Below are positions 14,658 to 28,570 of a stretch of 64,000 nt of DNA, in pieces (positions within the stretch are counted from its first letter, which is position 1; every line of letters begins with the position of its first letter). Below the pieces are notes generated by a model. It was given only the letters and a program-made list of their open reading frames with translations, was not told where the DNA came from and did not search any database. The position numbers were made by a program, and so were the translations under genes. The DNA is taken from the NCBI GenBank assembly GCA_964252035.1, contig OZ176203.1; one strand, given 5' to 3'. The DNA is from Podarcis erhardii (lineage: Eukaryota).

Positions 14658-17060
14658 CTAAGTAACATCACATCCTGTAAAATCAGAGCCATGTAGGTTC
14701 ATGATAACACATCATGTTCGCTTACAACTCCAGGTAAAGGGCTACCAGCAACCTTCTTCTGGCAACACCATGGCCAGGGGCGAGGAGAGAAGATAGATGA
14801 TGGCAGGAATTGGTGTCTGAACAGCGCAGCAAGATTTTAAGCTGGCACCGGGGGGAGGGGAGAGCACCATTCAAGGTCTACTTCATGGGGCAAAATTACT
14901 TGTGTCAGCACTGTACATGGCTCTGTGTCTAGGTAAAGGATACACAAAGGCATGGATATGTGCCTTTGGTGGTGGCAAGCCACACTTTGGAACATACTGG
15001 AAATATACCTGGCCAATTCCTTTTTGTAAAAAATAGATTGCCCAGAAAAAAACATTTAATATTGGTTCACAGCCCTTTAAATAATGTGCAGATTTTGGAG
15101 GCTTCTTAAAATTGGTATCTTCACATAATTCTTTTCAAAATATTTTCCACTTGTATGATGACATTATCATTCCTGTGGTTTCCAGTTTATAGGAATGAGT
15201 ACTATTGCTCAGATCCCAGAATGCATCACCCACAAACCAGAGGCAGCAATACATTTGGGGAAGCCCCGAGGTTTGCAGAAGGAAAAGAAACTGAAAGTAG
15301 GGAAGGGGAGAACCCAACACAGCACCAAGGACTCAGTGAACACTGAAGGATGACTGACTATTGAGCGAGGATGGAAAAGTGGATGGAAGGAGAAAGCAAT
15401 GGAGCATCCTGGGTGAACAGCACTGGCTGACTGAAGGAAACACTGTACAAGAGCAGCAGACATTGCAAAATTGTTTCATGTCCCATTTGCTATTCTTGTT
15501 ATTTGTTCACACTTCAACTGTCTCTCTGACAATAGAGTAACTAAAATGCTAAATAAATAGATAACAATTATTTAATTGAAAATGTGGACTACAGGGGAAA
15601 ATATTGCTATTGGCTTCAAAGTTAATATTCGCACCTTTAAATAATATTTAAAAATAGCTCAAACCAGGAAGATGCTGCCCATCATGATTCATATCCAGAC
15701 AGTAGCTGAATGCTAAATTTTAGCAATAAGCTTTCTGAAGTCTTAGTGCCATCTCAGCAAATTTCCCAGCTAATATATAGTGTAGATTTTTTTCCTTTTG
15801 ATTTATTACCACATGTATTCTTTCCTAATATACCCAGATGTTTAAATAATGCAACTTGCTGAAAGACAAGTAGGTAGATAGGTTGTAGGGTGTGAGGTTT
15901 TGAAGAGCCTATACTCAAATAGTTACAGTCACAGACCTGCCATAAGCAATCTTGCCAAAGGAATTTCCTACCTTGAAGCAAAAATAGCTCACAGGGAGTG
16001 GCTGTGTAAGAACTCTGTGGTAAACTTCACAGAATGAAATTTTAGATGGGATCAAACTCGCAGAGGTGAGCAGGTTCATTAATATATGGATTACACAGAA
16101 ATTAGCTTCAGTCTTCCAGATCATGCTGAATTTCAACACAACCTTCAGCACTAAATAAGGTCATAATCACTTTTCCTAGTACAATAAAGGCACATTTTCT
16201 TACTTGTGCAATGTCAACATATTATCTTATATATGGTCTGTTGTTTTTCAGGGGTATTATATTTTCTGAGAATTTTAATACAGTATTTTTGTGCATCAGG
16301 AAATGTAATATTTAGATAACACCTATCATGATAACTGTGGAATACTCAAATTTATTACCTTATAAAACCTGTTATCAATAATCACAAACCCACTCCTACC
16401 ATTTGAATACAGCTACTGAAAATGGACCTTTCTGTCCAAGCCTTCCTCAACTGCTGACCACTAGAATGTACAGCTTCATATTGTTCATTTCAATATTGTT
16501 AGTTTTCGTAATCTAATTTTCCTTTTGAACTTTTTATATCTTATTATATCTTTTGATTTTCCTTTTGAACTTTTATATCAATTACCTGAATATCAATATT
16601 GAGTTTTATTGTGGTTTTTTTGAGTCTCTGACTCCTTACTGTAATCTGCTTCAAGATATACAATTATATAGCAAATTGGTCTAGAAACAAAGGCTTTGAT
16701 GCAAGCAGCAAAAGACGTGTTGTGAATTTCACTGAGTACAAGCTTAACATGTCTACTGTGTGTTGGTGAGGGGGTGTCTCACTTCTCCTCCCCGATTGCA
16801 TCCTTAAGTAACTGTCCAGCACACCTTCTTTGTATTGTCTGGGGTCTGTTAACATCTACTTCAGGCAATTGAGTCTGTTATGAATAGTTTGCAAGGCACT
16901 TTAGCCACATCTGGTCAAAACCTAACGTGACAAGTGTCTCTTATGTACTTGTCCTTATACATAAATGTTAAAAGGATACTAAAAATGGGGGGGGGGAGAG
17001 AGAGACTTCAGGAATCATATACAACACAAAAAAAACTTTTGCAAAATTGACTATACTTAC

Positions 17061-17207
17061 TTCTCACCGAAAAATTTCTTCCAGAATTCTGCAGCATCAG
17101 CTTTTGTGATACGAAAGTTGTCACCCTGGAACTGACCATTAGGAAAGATTGCCTTGATTTCTGCAAGCATGTGACTGAAGATGAGGGACAGCTTTGTAAG
17201 ATTTCGC
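17061..17207 (-). CDS. CBLB: CBLB coding exon 3 (147 nt, [16 protein letters not shown]...FWKKFFGE)
   Basis: Cbl TKB sequence; AAG acceptor, GTAAGT donor. Confidence 0.97.
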
Positions 17208-19682
17208 CTTTCAATGAAATAAAACAGGGGGTAAACTAAGCAAAATATACCTAAGAATTCTCTTGTTTGAAAGGAAAATGAAGACCTAAATTTCAAAAAT
17301 TCAAAAAGCAACATGTGTCCCATGTTTTCTTATTTTTAAGACCACATTCATACCACAATTAAACAGTGCTTTAGAAAACATTTGCTAAATAATAATGCCA
17401 CTTCTTGGGTACATTTTAAGGATTTAAATAAAAATAAAGGCGTATATTAAATTTGATAAATTGTTTATGCAGATTCAAAAATCTTCAGTAAGGGAAGTTA
17501 CTGCACTTTAAAAGGTGAAATATAGCCATATTCAATGCAGTTGTTTCATAAAACTGTTGAGGTTATGTCATAAGAAACAGCAAAAATTGATAGCTCTATT
17601 GTTACAAAACAATGCCTCAAGTAGCCACTGTAGGCAATCAGCACCATATAAGAGAAGATTTATAAGACATAGTAAGACAAAGGAAAACAACTTGTTGATA
17701 CTTATTGAATGATATCCAGGGAAATCAACTGGTTTTACAAAAGGAAGTGGAATTTATTTTAAACCACACATTAAGTTATTCCAAGGGCAAAACTGCTTTT
17801 CACAAAGTTCTTTCTAGCATAGATTTATTTAATGTACGCATAACATTAAATTTCACATTCCTTCCTGCAGAGGCACAGTTTACTTTCAAATAAAAATGAA
17901 ACATGTTCCAGGTGTACAAAAAGAAATGCAGGCAAAAATACTTTACTAGCCCATTTACTAATGTCCACATGCATGTTACAGGTCAGATAGTGAGCCCAGA
18001 GAGCTTCTTGCTTTGATAAAAATTGCTAATTGTCTTAGGCAAGTAGCAAATTACAAGGTTGGCCTTGATCTCAGCTTTTCAACAGCCTGCAGTTTTCAGT
18101 GATTAACACACAAGGAAGCTTCACAGACTTGTATTTTTCAATGTACATAGTACTTTACACGCAGTAACATTAGCAAGGAAACAGAAAAATTCTGACCCCA
18201 GGGAGCACATAGTCAAAATCTGGGAACCATTCAGAAACTGGAAAAGCAAGGTTGACATTTTAATGTCCCATGATGACTTTGAGTGATGTTACATTGGGGG
18301 TATTGTGATTAATTAAAGTGACAGGCAGCTCAGAGACACAGACCCTGAACAGGGAGGCACAAAGCTGGCATCAGAGTGAGACCCTGACAGATGGCCAATG
18401 ATGCCTCTCCTGTGTGCATTCGAACATATATTTCTCTCCAAACTAGCACACTTTTCTTATTCAAAGTAGTCTGTGATATGTTGTTGATATTTGAAGTGTA
18501 TGTATTATTAACTTTGTAGTGTTCTTCCTTTTCGTTCTTGTGTAAATTCTATTCTTTAATCAAGTTGTATTTTTTAAAAAGTCATCTTGGTCCACTAAGA
18601 AAAGGAAAAGTGCTAAGACACGTCCTAAACAATGCTTGTACCAGAAACTCAGTATTAATGAAATATCTTACTACCCAGGAAAGGTTCTGGAGCTGCCTGA
18701 GCCCCAAAGGCAAATTTAATGCACATATTATGGTAATGCTCAAAATTGTGTCTGACAATATCCAAATGTAAACCAAAACCCAACCCTCCAATTCAGTAAC
18801 TGTCATACCAAACTGAGCAACAGTATCTTCAAAGGTGCCCAAATCAATGAATTTTGGAAATATTTGATCCATCATCTTGATTCAAAAGGGTATCCAATGG
18901 TTTCCAAACACAGACCCAAATCTACCCCTCTAGCTCGGGAACTGTTGTATCAAAATGGTGCCATTTGTAAAGGTTTGTCCCACTGTTTTGATTCAAAATG
19001 GTATCCAGTGGTTTCAAAATGTAGACAAAAACAGCTCTATCTTGGGAACCGTCTATGTGACAATACATCAAGAGGCACCCAAGTTCATAAAGGATAAACT
19101 ACTTTCCAAAATATATAGTAGATAAACAACATAATTAAACAACTTAGTTAAACTCAGATAGAAAAGGGGTGAGAAACAACTAGGTGGTGAATAAGTGATA
19201 TCAGTGACTAGATCTTCAGCCTATGTAAGCACAAACAACTATTTCTAAATGTCAACCGTGGCATGCCCTGACCCGCTCTAACAGCTAGAATTTCCCCCCA
19301 AAGTGTGTAACCAACATCTCCTACTTGTAGATGAAAACCACTGCATCTTGTTTGTAACCTCAGCAGATAAGATAAATGATCTGTTATCTTTCCCCTGACA
19401 ACCTCTTAATATTTTCTCTTTAATATTCTACTCTAGGCTAAACTTACCCAGTTTCTTTAGCTCTTCTTAAGATTTGCCTTTGAAACATTTATAGTCTTTT
19501 AGAACTCATCTACTATATTGTTTCCAATTTGCAAAAAATATACACAGCTCCACGTGGTATTCCAGATGTGGTCATAATTTGAAAGGATGCTCTTTTCCTT
19601 CCTTGTAATGCCCCACCCAGAAAGCAATAGAAACTCCAATGAAACACAGATGAAAATGTATCTGCATGCACAGACCCTAGAA

Positions 19683-19818
19683 CAGGCATAAGCAAACTTG
19701 GCCCTCCAGATGTTTTGGAACTGCAACTCCCATCATCCCTGACCACTGGTCCTGTTATTTAGGGATGATGGGAGTTGTAGTCCCAAAACATCTGGAGGGC
19801 CGAGTTTGCCTATGCCTG
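19683..19818. mobile_element. Palindromic hAT MITE
   Basis: CAGGCATA...TATGCCTG ends, whole element folds back, 8-bp TSD CCCTAGAA/CCTTAGAA. Confidence 0.88.
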
Positions 19819-20061
19819 CCTTAGAACAAGTGTTTCTGATCAGACCACAAGCCAAGCTGGTACTCAGGAAAGGGTGGGGAAGAGACTTCAGAGCAGGAGA
19901 AAGGACAGCTTCCCCCCCCTCACTCGCACCCAAACCTGTTTGTCCAGAAATCAAAGGGGGGCAGTTATTCAGCTTCAACAAAGCTCTTGATACCTATCTG
20001 TAATATTCATGCCTATGTAATGCATTTTAGCAACACATTACCTTAATATGCCAATAAAGTA

Positions 20062-20299
20062 CAGTGGCACCTCGGTTTACAAACTTAATCTGTTCTGGAA
20101 GTCCATTCTTAAACCGAAACCGTTCTTAAACCAAGGTGCAGTTTCCCTAATGAGGCCTCCTGCCGGTGCCCTTCCACTATTCGGATTCCATTCTTAGACT
20201 GAGGTAAAGTGTGCAAACCGGGACACTACTTCTGGTTTTGTGGAGTTTGTAAACCGAATCATTCATAAACAGGACTGTTCTTAAACCAAGGCACCACTG
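20062..20299 (+). mobile_element. Tc1/mariner MITE, relative of family A
   Basis: CAGTGGCACCT...GGCACCACTG TIRs, TA duplication. Confidence 0.85.
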
Positions 20300-20889
20300 T
20301 ATACTGGATGCAATTCAAGGAACCCGCACTAGCCTACAGAGAACACACATCTAGGGGCAACAGCTTTCAGCATGCAATCACTTTCCTTTAGTCCTGGTGT
20401 TTGCAGCTTAGCTTTTGAAGCAGACTTTAACTTGGTTGAATTGACAAATATACTGTAACAGGTTCTCTTTAAATACCTTCTTCCCAGACTCCAGCTCTGG
20501 TCAGGATGGGACTCACATCTATCCTCCCTTCTCCCCTCAGTCAGGTGTTGTTTGTGCTCTGTACTGACCAATTAAATCATTTTATTTCACCCTACTACAA
20601 CCACAACCTGAAATAATATACTGTGGGCAGGAAGGAGGAGAGCACCAGCATACATGAATAAATACCTTTAAAATACTTTAAATAAGGTATCTGCAACAAA
20701 ACGTCCCTGTGTGTTCAAGCCTTCAATAAAAGGGTTCATGTTCAATACACAAGTCAGTCTGGAATTCATAGGGTAGAGTGGGGAATCCCAGGAGGGACAA
20801 AAAGGCCAGTTTTTCTTCTCACCCTCTCCTAACCTGTCAATGGATTCTCAAGTAACTTCTGTGGCCCGGAGTTACTATCCTCTAGCTTA

Positions 20890-21100
20890 GGCAGGTTTGA
20901 GAGCTACAGCTATTCTGGACTGGAATAGATGGGACTTCAGTTGTCCATGCTCTGGTGACCTGCTTAGATTACTGTAATATACTCTTTTGTGGGGCTGGCC
21001 TGAAAGTCTGGAGGCTGCAGCTAGTGCAGAATATGACTGCTTGGTTGGTAAGTGGGTCAGCCTTATGGGGTCATGTGTCATCAATCCTGAATCATGCACT
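20890..21100 (+). mobile_element. Degraded L2 ORF2 3' fragment
   Basis: LDYCNILF...LQLVQN remnants. Confidence 0.65.
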
Positions 21101-23300
21101 GGGTATGCAATTGTATTTAAATGTTTTTATATGTTCTATATGTTTTCAAATATGTTTTTATTTTATTTTAAATTGCATTGTTTTATCATTTTGGTGTTTG
21201 CTTCCTTCCTTGGGCTCCTTTGAGTGGAAAGACAGGATACAAATTAATACTAATAAAATAAAATGCAGCTGCAATGAGGCAGAAGCAAAAAGAACAGAAA
21301 CAGAATTATCTAACTGCAAAAGTCTAGTTTTATTTTAAGAAGGTACCAAAATACCAACGGAGATAGTGCCTGTCTAAATTTTGTGTGTGTGTTTGTATAA
21401 AATAAGTGCTACAGATTACATTTAACTTTCTAATGAAATAATGGGTTCTTATTACAACTCAGTATTTTGATCTATATATCATGAAAGGCACATATGTCTG
21501 TATTATTTTCACCTGTATGTTTCCCATCTTCACACATATGAAGTGCTCTGTCTTTTCTTAATATCATTCTGAAGACTTCAAAAGTGAAAGGAAATAATGG
21601 AGCAAGTTTTCCTTTCATCATAAGCATCTTGTTGAATACTGCTCTTCAGTAATGAGCTTGTAGCACTGATTAAAGTGGAAAATAGTAGTTTTGTTTCTTT
21701 TCATAAAGCTGAAAGGAAAACCCTCCTACACTCTTCTTCTCAAGACTGAATCCCCACTTTGTTGCTCAAGCATCTTGCTCACATTATGGAACCTTTTTTT
21801 ACAGATACAGAATCTCCCACACAACTTCTCACAACACTAATTTCTTATAAGCCATATTACTCAATGTAAGACTGGAGAGAAGGCCTGATCTCCCCATGAG
21901 GCTATGGGCATTTTCATTAAGGTATTGGTATGAGTAATACAACTAGATAATCCAAACTCAGCGCAAGCATTCAGCACGGTAACATTGCTGGCCCATTTGG
22001 TCTCTTAGCATGTCAAATTGTAATTGGCCAGTACAAGCCACTACCTCTGAGCCACTCACCTTCTTCTCAAATAATCACAGGAAATAAGACAGGAAATCTA
22101 TTATCAATAGACTGCAACTTGTTTAACTGTGGGCATTAGTCATACAAGGAAATAATCAGACACAGGTCTACATGCTGCAAAAGTATTTCGCTTGATTGTT
22201 AAATGATGTGCTACTTGAGACTGCCTACCAACTTTAAATATTCATACACAACAAATATTCCACTTTTTTCAAATCATGATAAAAGCTGTGAATAAGGCAC
22301 TTGCTTTATTTCCATTTCACTAATCTTCATATAAACTTCTTCTTCTATTCCAAAGCGAACATGTCAAAAACAAAATTTCCCAAGCAGCACGTTTGTTTGG
22401 GAGGAATATCTATGTATCCCATTTACCAAGAGTATCTATGTATTCACAGTGCCAGAGCCAACACAGCTTACTAAGCAGTTCCCAACATCTTGATTTCCTG
22501 ACTATTATGAAAATGGTTCAGATACGAGTCTTCAAACTCACAAGGCATAGTGTCTACGGTTGAAAGGGCAAACTATACCAGAACTCAAGTGAAAGATGTG
22601 TAAGCTGCAATATGCTACCAATAATTTAAGTCAGTATGACCATTTTTCTTCTGAAAGCTGCAGTGCATTATATTCCCTAACACTCTTTCCTCAGATTCAA
22701 AAGCCCACAAATAGCGTGTATAAAAGAGTTACATCAGATGCTTAAGATGGAAGAAATAACGACTAGAGAAAAAGCTACAAGAAACGTATGCAGGTAATTA
22801 GAAATTCCACTGCAGTAGGAATCCCATGTCCAACCACAAATTATATGTCTATGAAAAAATATTCTGTGGGCCTGCAGAATGCTCACACTCTTCATTTGTT
22901 CAAAATGCTGCTACTGCTGAATTTGCATTTTGCTAAGCCATTCCTGCCTATCATTTACCTGCAGTGGAGTTGCTTCCAACAGCGTCACTTTTCCAGCTTA
23001 AGATTTCAGAATCCTGTATAGGCTTGATACACTTATCTTCACACTACAGGTCTATACTGCTAAGACCCAAATACATTCCACTAATTTGTTCTAGGCAAGG
23101 TTTTCCGGTTTATTATTTTATTGTTATTTTAAATATATCCATCTTTAAAGAACCCACTGAATTCAAAGGACTTACCTGGGAATAAGTCCTACTGCACTAA
23201 ATGAGAGTTTCTTCTGAGATATGCACGTAATTGTGCTGCTATGCTATCAAAGGGAACAAAATGTTCAGATCTCTACATGCAATGAAAGGCCAATTCTATA

Positions 23301-23534
23301 CAGTGGTACCTCAGGTTACATACGCTTCAGGTTACATACGCTTCAGGTTACACACTCCACTAAGCCAGAAATAGTGCTTCAGGTTAAGAACTTTGCTTCA
23401 GGATAAGAACAGAAATTGTGCTCCGGCGGCAGCAGGAGGCCCCATTAGCTAAAGTGGTGCTTCAGGGTAAGTACAGTTTCAGGTTAAGAACGGACCTCCG
23501 GAACGAATTAAGTACTTAACCCAAGGTACCACTG
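23301..23534 (-). mobile_element. Tc1/mariner MITE, family A, inverted relative to 11814
   Basis: TIRs and TA duplication; body is the reverse complement of the 11814 copy. Confidence 0.9.
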
Positions 23535-23939
23535 TACACACATACGGCAAATTCCTCAATAATGTTTTAAATTGGACCAGGATCCAAAGAGCCCTACACT
23601 TGTATGGAAGCACTTGTGTGTACCTATGGGATAACTGCCAGTTTTCCTTTCCAGCTGCAGCTCCTCACAACTTGACGAATATAATTCACAGTGTGCATGT
23701 GGAACACCACACACAGCACATTTCCAGCCTTTTGTGTTCAACAGAAACCTAAAGAAAAAGCTATAGGATAGACCATTTTGCTGATTTTCCCTACAGAAGA
23801 GAAACTAAAAATATCCCCCATACAGATGCAACAGGAGGTTTATATCTAATGGGAGTGGGGGTTGGTTGCCTTGCTTATGCTTATCTTATTAGTATCTCAG
23901 CATATAGTATTAGGGAGAAAAATCTAAGCACAAGCTGCT

Positions 23940-24083
23940 TGACAGTGGAATGGTGATGGACTCTCCTTTAAGCAGAAGTTGGATGGCCATCTGTCATGTG
24001 TGCTTGAGTTGAGATTCCTGCAATGCAGGGGGTTGGACTAGATGACCCTTGGGGTCTCTTCTAACTCTACAATTCTACAATGC
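23940..24083 (+). mobile_element. CR1 LINE 3' end
   Basis: GGGGGTTGGACTAGATGACC...TTCTACAATTCTAC, typical CR1 terminus. Confidence 0.75.
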
Positions 24084-24738
24084 TAACCATAAAAGGAATG
24101 CATATATTCCATACAGATACAGTACAGAAAGTGGGGTGGGGTGAGCAGGGACAGGAAAAAGAAAATCATTAAGTTCTTAGCAGTAAGACTGACTTAATGT
24201 ATTTAATTTATGCTGCCTATCTTTAAGGTTCTCCCAATCCAAATGTTATCAACAGCTCTGAAACATAAAAGCAACACTCATTTATTAAGTTTAATTGAAG
24301 ATTGGATACATTTTGATTAGCTTAAGGGGTTTTAGAGGAGGCACTGTTGGTGATTATTTGAAATGCAGACCTTAAAGCATTTACTGTTCTAATCACAGAG
24401 AAGGAACTAGACCTAGTGATTTTATTCATAAACGGCACCAGCTCATTGCTTCTGCACTGCAAAAACAGTAGTTAACTGGTAATCTTAATAGCTAACTTGG
24501 AGGGGAAAGGGTTTAACTCCACAAGCACATCATTATTTATTGCTCTTATCATAGAACAATGATTAGGCAGGTTGTAACATAACCAGATTACACACTATTT
24601 GGCATCAGAAGGATCACTGCTTGCAAACAATGTGGTGCTTTTAAAAAGGAAAAATATAGTGTGGGCTACATGAACAACAGGGATAATGCAAACATTTACT
24701 GTATAGGCGACGACCTCTCATCTGGATACCAACTGAGT

Positions 24739-24769
<31 letters not shown>

Positions 24770-27742
24770 AATAATAATAATAATAATAATAATAATTTAT
24801 TATTTGTACCCCGCCCATCTGGCTGGGTTTCCCCAGGCACTCTGGGCGGCTTCCAACAGAGATAAAAAATACACTAAAATGTCACATATTAAAAACTTCC
24901 CTGAACAGGGCTGCCTTCAGATGTCTTCTGAATGTCAGGTAGTTGTCCATCGCCTTGACATCCGATGGGAGGGCATTCCACAGGGCGGGCGCCACCACCG
25001 AGAAGGCCCTCTGCCTGGTTCCCTGCAACTTGGCCTCTCGCACTGAGGGAACCGCCAGAAGGCCCTCGGAGCTGGACCTCAGTGTCCAGGCAGAACGATG
25101 GGGGAGGAGACGCTCCTTCAGATATACTGGACCGAGGCCATTTAGGGCTTTAAAGGTCAGCACCAACACTTTGAATTGTGCTCGGAAACGTACTGGGAGC
25201 CAATGTAGGTCTTTCAAGACCGGTGTTATATGGTCTCGGCGGCCGCTCCCAGTCACCAGTCTAGCTGCCGCATTCTGGATTAGTTGTAGTTTCCGGGTCA
25301 CCTTCAAAGGTAGCCCCATGTAGAGCGCATTGCAGTAGTCCAAGCGGGAGATAACCAGAGCATGTACCACTCTGGCGAGACAGTCCGCAGGCAGATAGGG
25401 TCTCAGCCTACGTACCAGATGGAGCTGGTAAACAGCTGCCCTGGATACAGATTTGACCTGTGCCTCCATGGACAGCTGTGAGTCCAAAATGACTCCCAGG
25501 CTGCGCACCTGGTCCTTCAGGGGCACAGTTACCCCATTCAGGACCAGGGAATCCTCCACACCTGCCCGCCTCCTGTCCCCCAAAAACAGTACTTCTGTCT
25601 TGTCAGGATTCAACCTCAATCTGTTAGCCGCCATCCATCCTCCAACCGCTTCCAGACACTCACACAGGACCTTTACCGCCTTCACTGGTTCTGATTTAAA
25701 AGAGAGGTAGAGCTGGGTATCATCTGCATACTGATGAACACCCAGCCCAAACCTCCTGATGATCCCTCCCAGCGGCTGCATGTAGATGTTGAAAAGCATG
25801 GGGGAGAGGACAGAACCCTGAGGCACCCCACAAGTGAGCGGCCAGGGGTCTGAACACTCATCCCCCACCACCACTTTCTGAACACGGCCCAGGAGGAAGG
25901 AGCGGAACCACTGTATGACAGTGCCCCCAGCTCCCAGCCCCTCAAGACGGTCCAGAAGGATGTCATGGTCGATGGTATCAAACGCCGCTGAGAGATCCAG
26001 CAGAACTAGGAAACAGCTCTCACCTTTGTCCCTAGCCCGCCGGAGATCATCAACCAGTGCGACCAAGGCAGTTTCAGTCCCATGATGAGGCCTGAATCCC
26101 GACTGGAAGGGATCCAAATGGTCTGCTTCTTCCAGGCGTGCCTGGAGTTGTTCAGCAACCACTCGCTCAATCACCTTGCCCAAGAATGGGAGGTTTGAGA
26201 CTGGGCGATAATTGGCCATCGTGGCCGCATCTAAAGATGGTTTTTTAAGAAGCGGTTTAATACCCGCCTCTTTCAGCGGGTCTGGGAAGGCTCCCTCACG
26301 GAGGGAAGCATTCACCACCCCACGAAGCCCATCGCCCAGTCCTTCCCGGCTAGCTTTTATAAACCAGGATGGGCAAGGATCCAGGAGACAGGTGGTTGGC
26401 TTCACTCGTCCAAGCAGCCTGTCCACATCCTCGGAGGTAACAGATTGAAATTGATCCCACACAACTTGACCAGACAGGACTCTAGCACTCTCCCGCCCCG
26501 GCCCTGCTCCCACGGTGGAGTCTACTTCTTCCCGAATCTGAGCGATTTTATCTGCAAAAAAATTTGCAAAATCATTGCAGGAGAACATGTGGCCCGTACT
26601 GGGCCCCGATGTTACAGGTGGTTCCGCTAAATTGCGAACCACCTGAAAGAGTCTCCTGCTGCTGTTTTCTGCAGATGCAATAGAGGCGGTGAAGAAAGTC
26701 TTCTTCGCCGTCGCTATCGCCACTTGGTAGGCTCGACGTTGAGCTCTAACCCGTGTCCGGTCAGATTCAGAATGAGTTATCCGCCACCGGCGCTCTAGCC
26801 GTCTCAACGATTGTTTCATTGCCCTCAGATCCGTGGAAAACCACGGGGCTCTCCGGGCTTCATGCAATCGGAGAGGGCGCTTCGGAGCCAAACAGTCAAT
26901 AGCCCTGGTTAACTCCACATTCCAGCGGGCCACCAGGGAATCGGCTGAAAGGCCATCAACATGGGATAAAGCATCCCCAACCACTCTCTGGAAACCATTT
27001 GGATCCATTAAGTGGCGGGGGCGGACCATCCGAATCGGTCCCACCTCCCTGCAGAGGGGATGGGTCGCGGAGAAGTCCAGTTGCACCAGGAAGTGATCTG
27101 ACCATGGCACTTCTTTCGTTTCGCTTTTACTTAGTGTCAGATCACCAACATCCGTAGAGGTAAACACCAGGTCCAAGGCATGTCCGCGGCTATGGGTTGG
27201 GCCAGACTTATTCAGGGACAGCCCCATGGAGGCCATGCTTTCCACGAAGTCCCGAGCGGCCCCTTGTAAGGTCGTGTCGGCATGGATGTTAAAATCCCCT
27301 AGGACGACCAAGCTAGGTGTCTCCAGGAGAACATCCGCCACGACCTGAAGCAGCTCGGGCAGGGAATCCTTGGTGCAGCGGGGAGGTCGGTACACCAAAA
27401 GGAATCCTGTACTGCCCCTATTGCCCAACTTCCAGAACATGCACTCAGAAAACTGGGTCTTCCCAATAGGACGCCTGGTGCAAACTAATGACTTCCTAAA
27501 AATCACTGCAACCCCCCCCTCCCCGCCCACATGACCTGGGTTGCTGTGCGTAAGAGAAACCTGGTGGACAAGCAGCGGCAAGGACAGGCCCATCTGCTTT
27601 ATCCAACCAAGTCTCTGTTACACATGCCAGGTCAAGTCCTCCATCCATGATCAAGTCATGGATGGCAGTGGTCTTATGAATCATTGACCTGGCATTGCAC
27701 AGCAACACTTTCAGGTCATGTGGGTATCCCTATCATGTGGGT
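24739..27742 (-). mobile_element. L2-clade LINE, 5'-truncated, nearly complete ORF2, in CBLB intron, same orientation as the gene
   Basis: AP endonuclease motifs (CNARS, VTETW, LGDFN, LDL, SDH) and RT motifs (NYRPVSNL, QSGFR, LDLSAAFDT, GVPQGSVL, QYADDTQLY); 3'UTR ends in a (TTA)9(TTG)10 tail; possible AACAACAA target-site duplication. Confidence 0.93.
24882..27708 (-). pseudogene. L2 ORF2 (endonuclease and reverse transcriptase) broken by one +1 frameshift
   Basis: ORF 27496-27708 gives the endonuclease N-terminus and ORF 24882-27593 the rest. They join as ...PRSCGRGGG-VAVIFRK if the G8 run (C8 at 27512-27519) is G7. Confidence 0.9.
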
Positions 27743-28149
27743 AACAACAAACTATCTCTCTAAATGTCTCGGATCAGCACTGATTTTATTATGAAGCTCT
27801 GAAAGCCATTACTGTTCATTCTTCACAGAGTATTAATTAATAGGATTAAAAGTAAAAGATCAATACCATCAGGATGTTGCTTCCTTTTCATATTTCAAAT
27901 AAAATCTGTGTCTACTCTAATGTTAAGGCAGCATGCAAACAGCTTCTCTGGGACAAGGATGGAGAAATGTGATCCTTCAGATGTGACGATTGATCATGCT
28001 GCCTAGATCCCCAAAACTGGAGGGCCACAAGTCCCCTGTCCTGGATTAACACACACTCAGGAAATTTTGACAAAATGATGACACCAAAATACATAATAAA
28101 AACAAAAGCAAACCAACAACACCCCCAACATGATCTGAGAAACATATAC

Positions 28150-28570
28150 TAGGAAGAATCCGAGCCACTGCGCATTGCATCAGCCACAGTTTTTTTTAAC
28201 ACTTCTCAAAGGCACATCCAGAACACACTGCAATAGTAACATCTGGAAATGGCCAAGGCATGCAACATTATGACCAGATCTGTCTTCTCCAAGAAAGGGT
28301 GTAGCTGTAGTGGGCACAATAGCCAAAGCAGAACAAAAGCACTCCTGGCTACAGCATTCGCCTGGGCATCCAGAGGCACAGCCAAACTGCAAACCTGATC
28401 CTCTACAGGGAATGCCACTCCATCCAGAACAGTATGTACTCCCAATCCAGATCAACTTGTCTACTGGCCATCAATACCTCTCTCTTGTCTGGATTGAGCT
28501 TCCACCTGTTAGCCATCTACAGTCCATCACGGCATCCAGGCAATGGTTAAAAGGTTCTATAATCACCTGT
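28150..28570 (-). mobile_element. Degraded L2 ORF2 fragment
   Basis: DQV-SL...ISRCYYC remnants parallel to the intact L2. Confidence 0.65.

Noticed and set aside
24804-27096. Several plus-strand ORFs over the L2
   Set aside because: Antisense shadows of the L2 ORF2.
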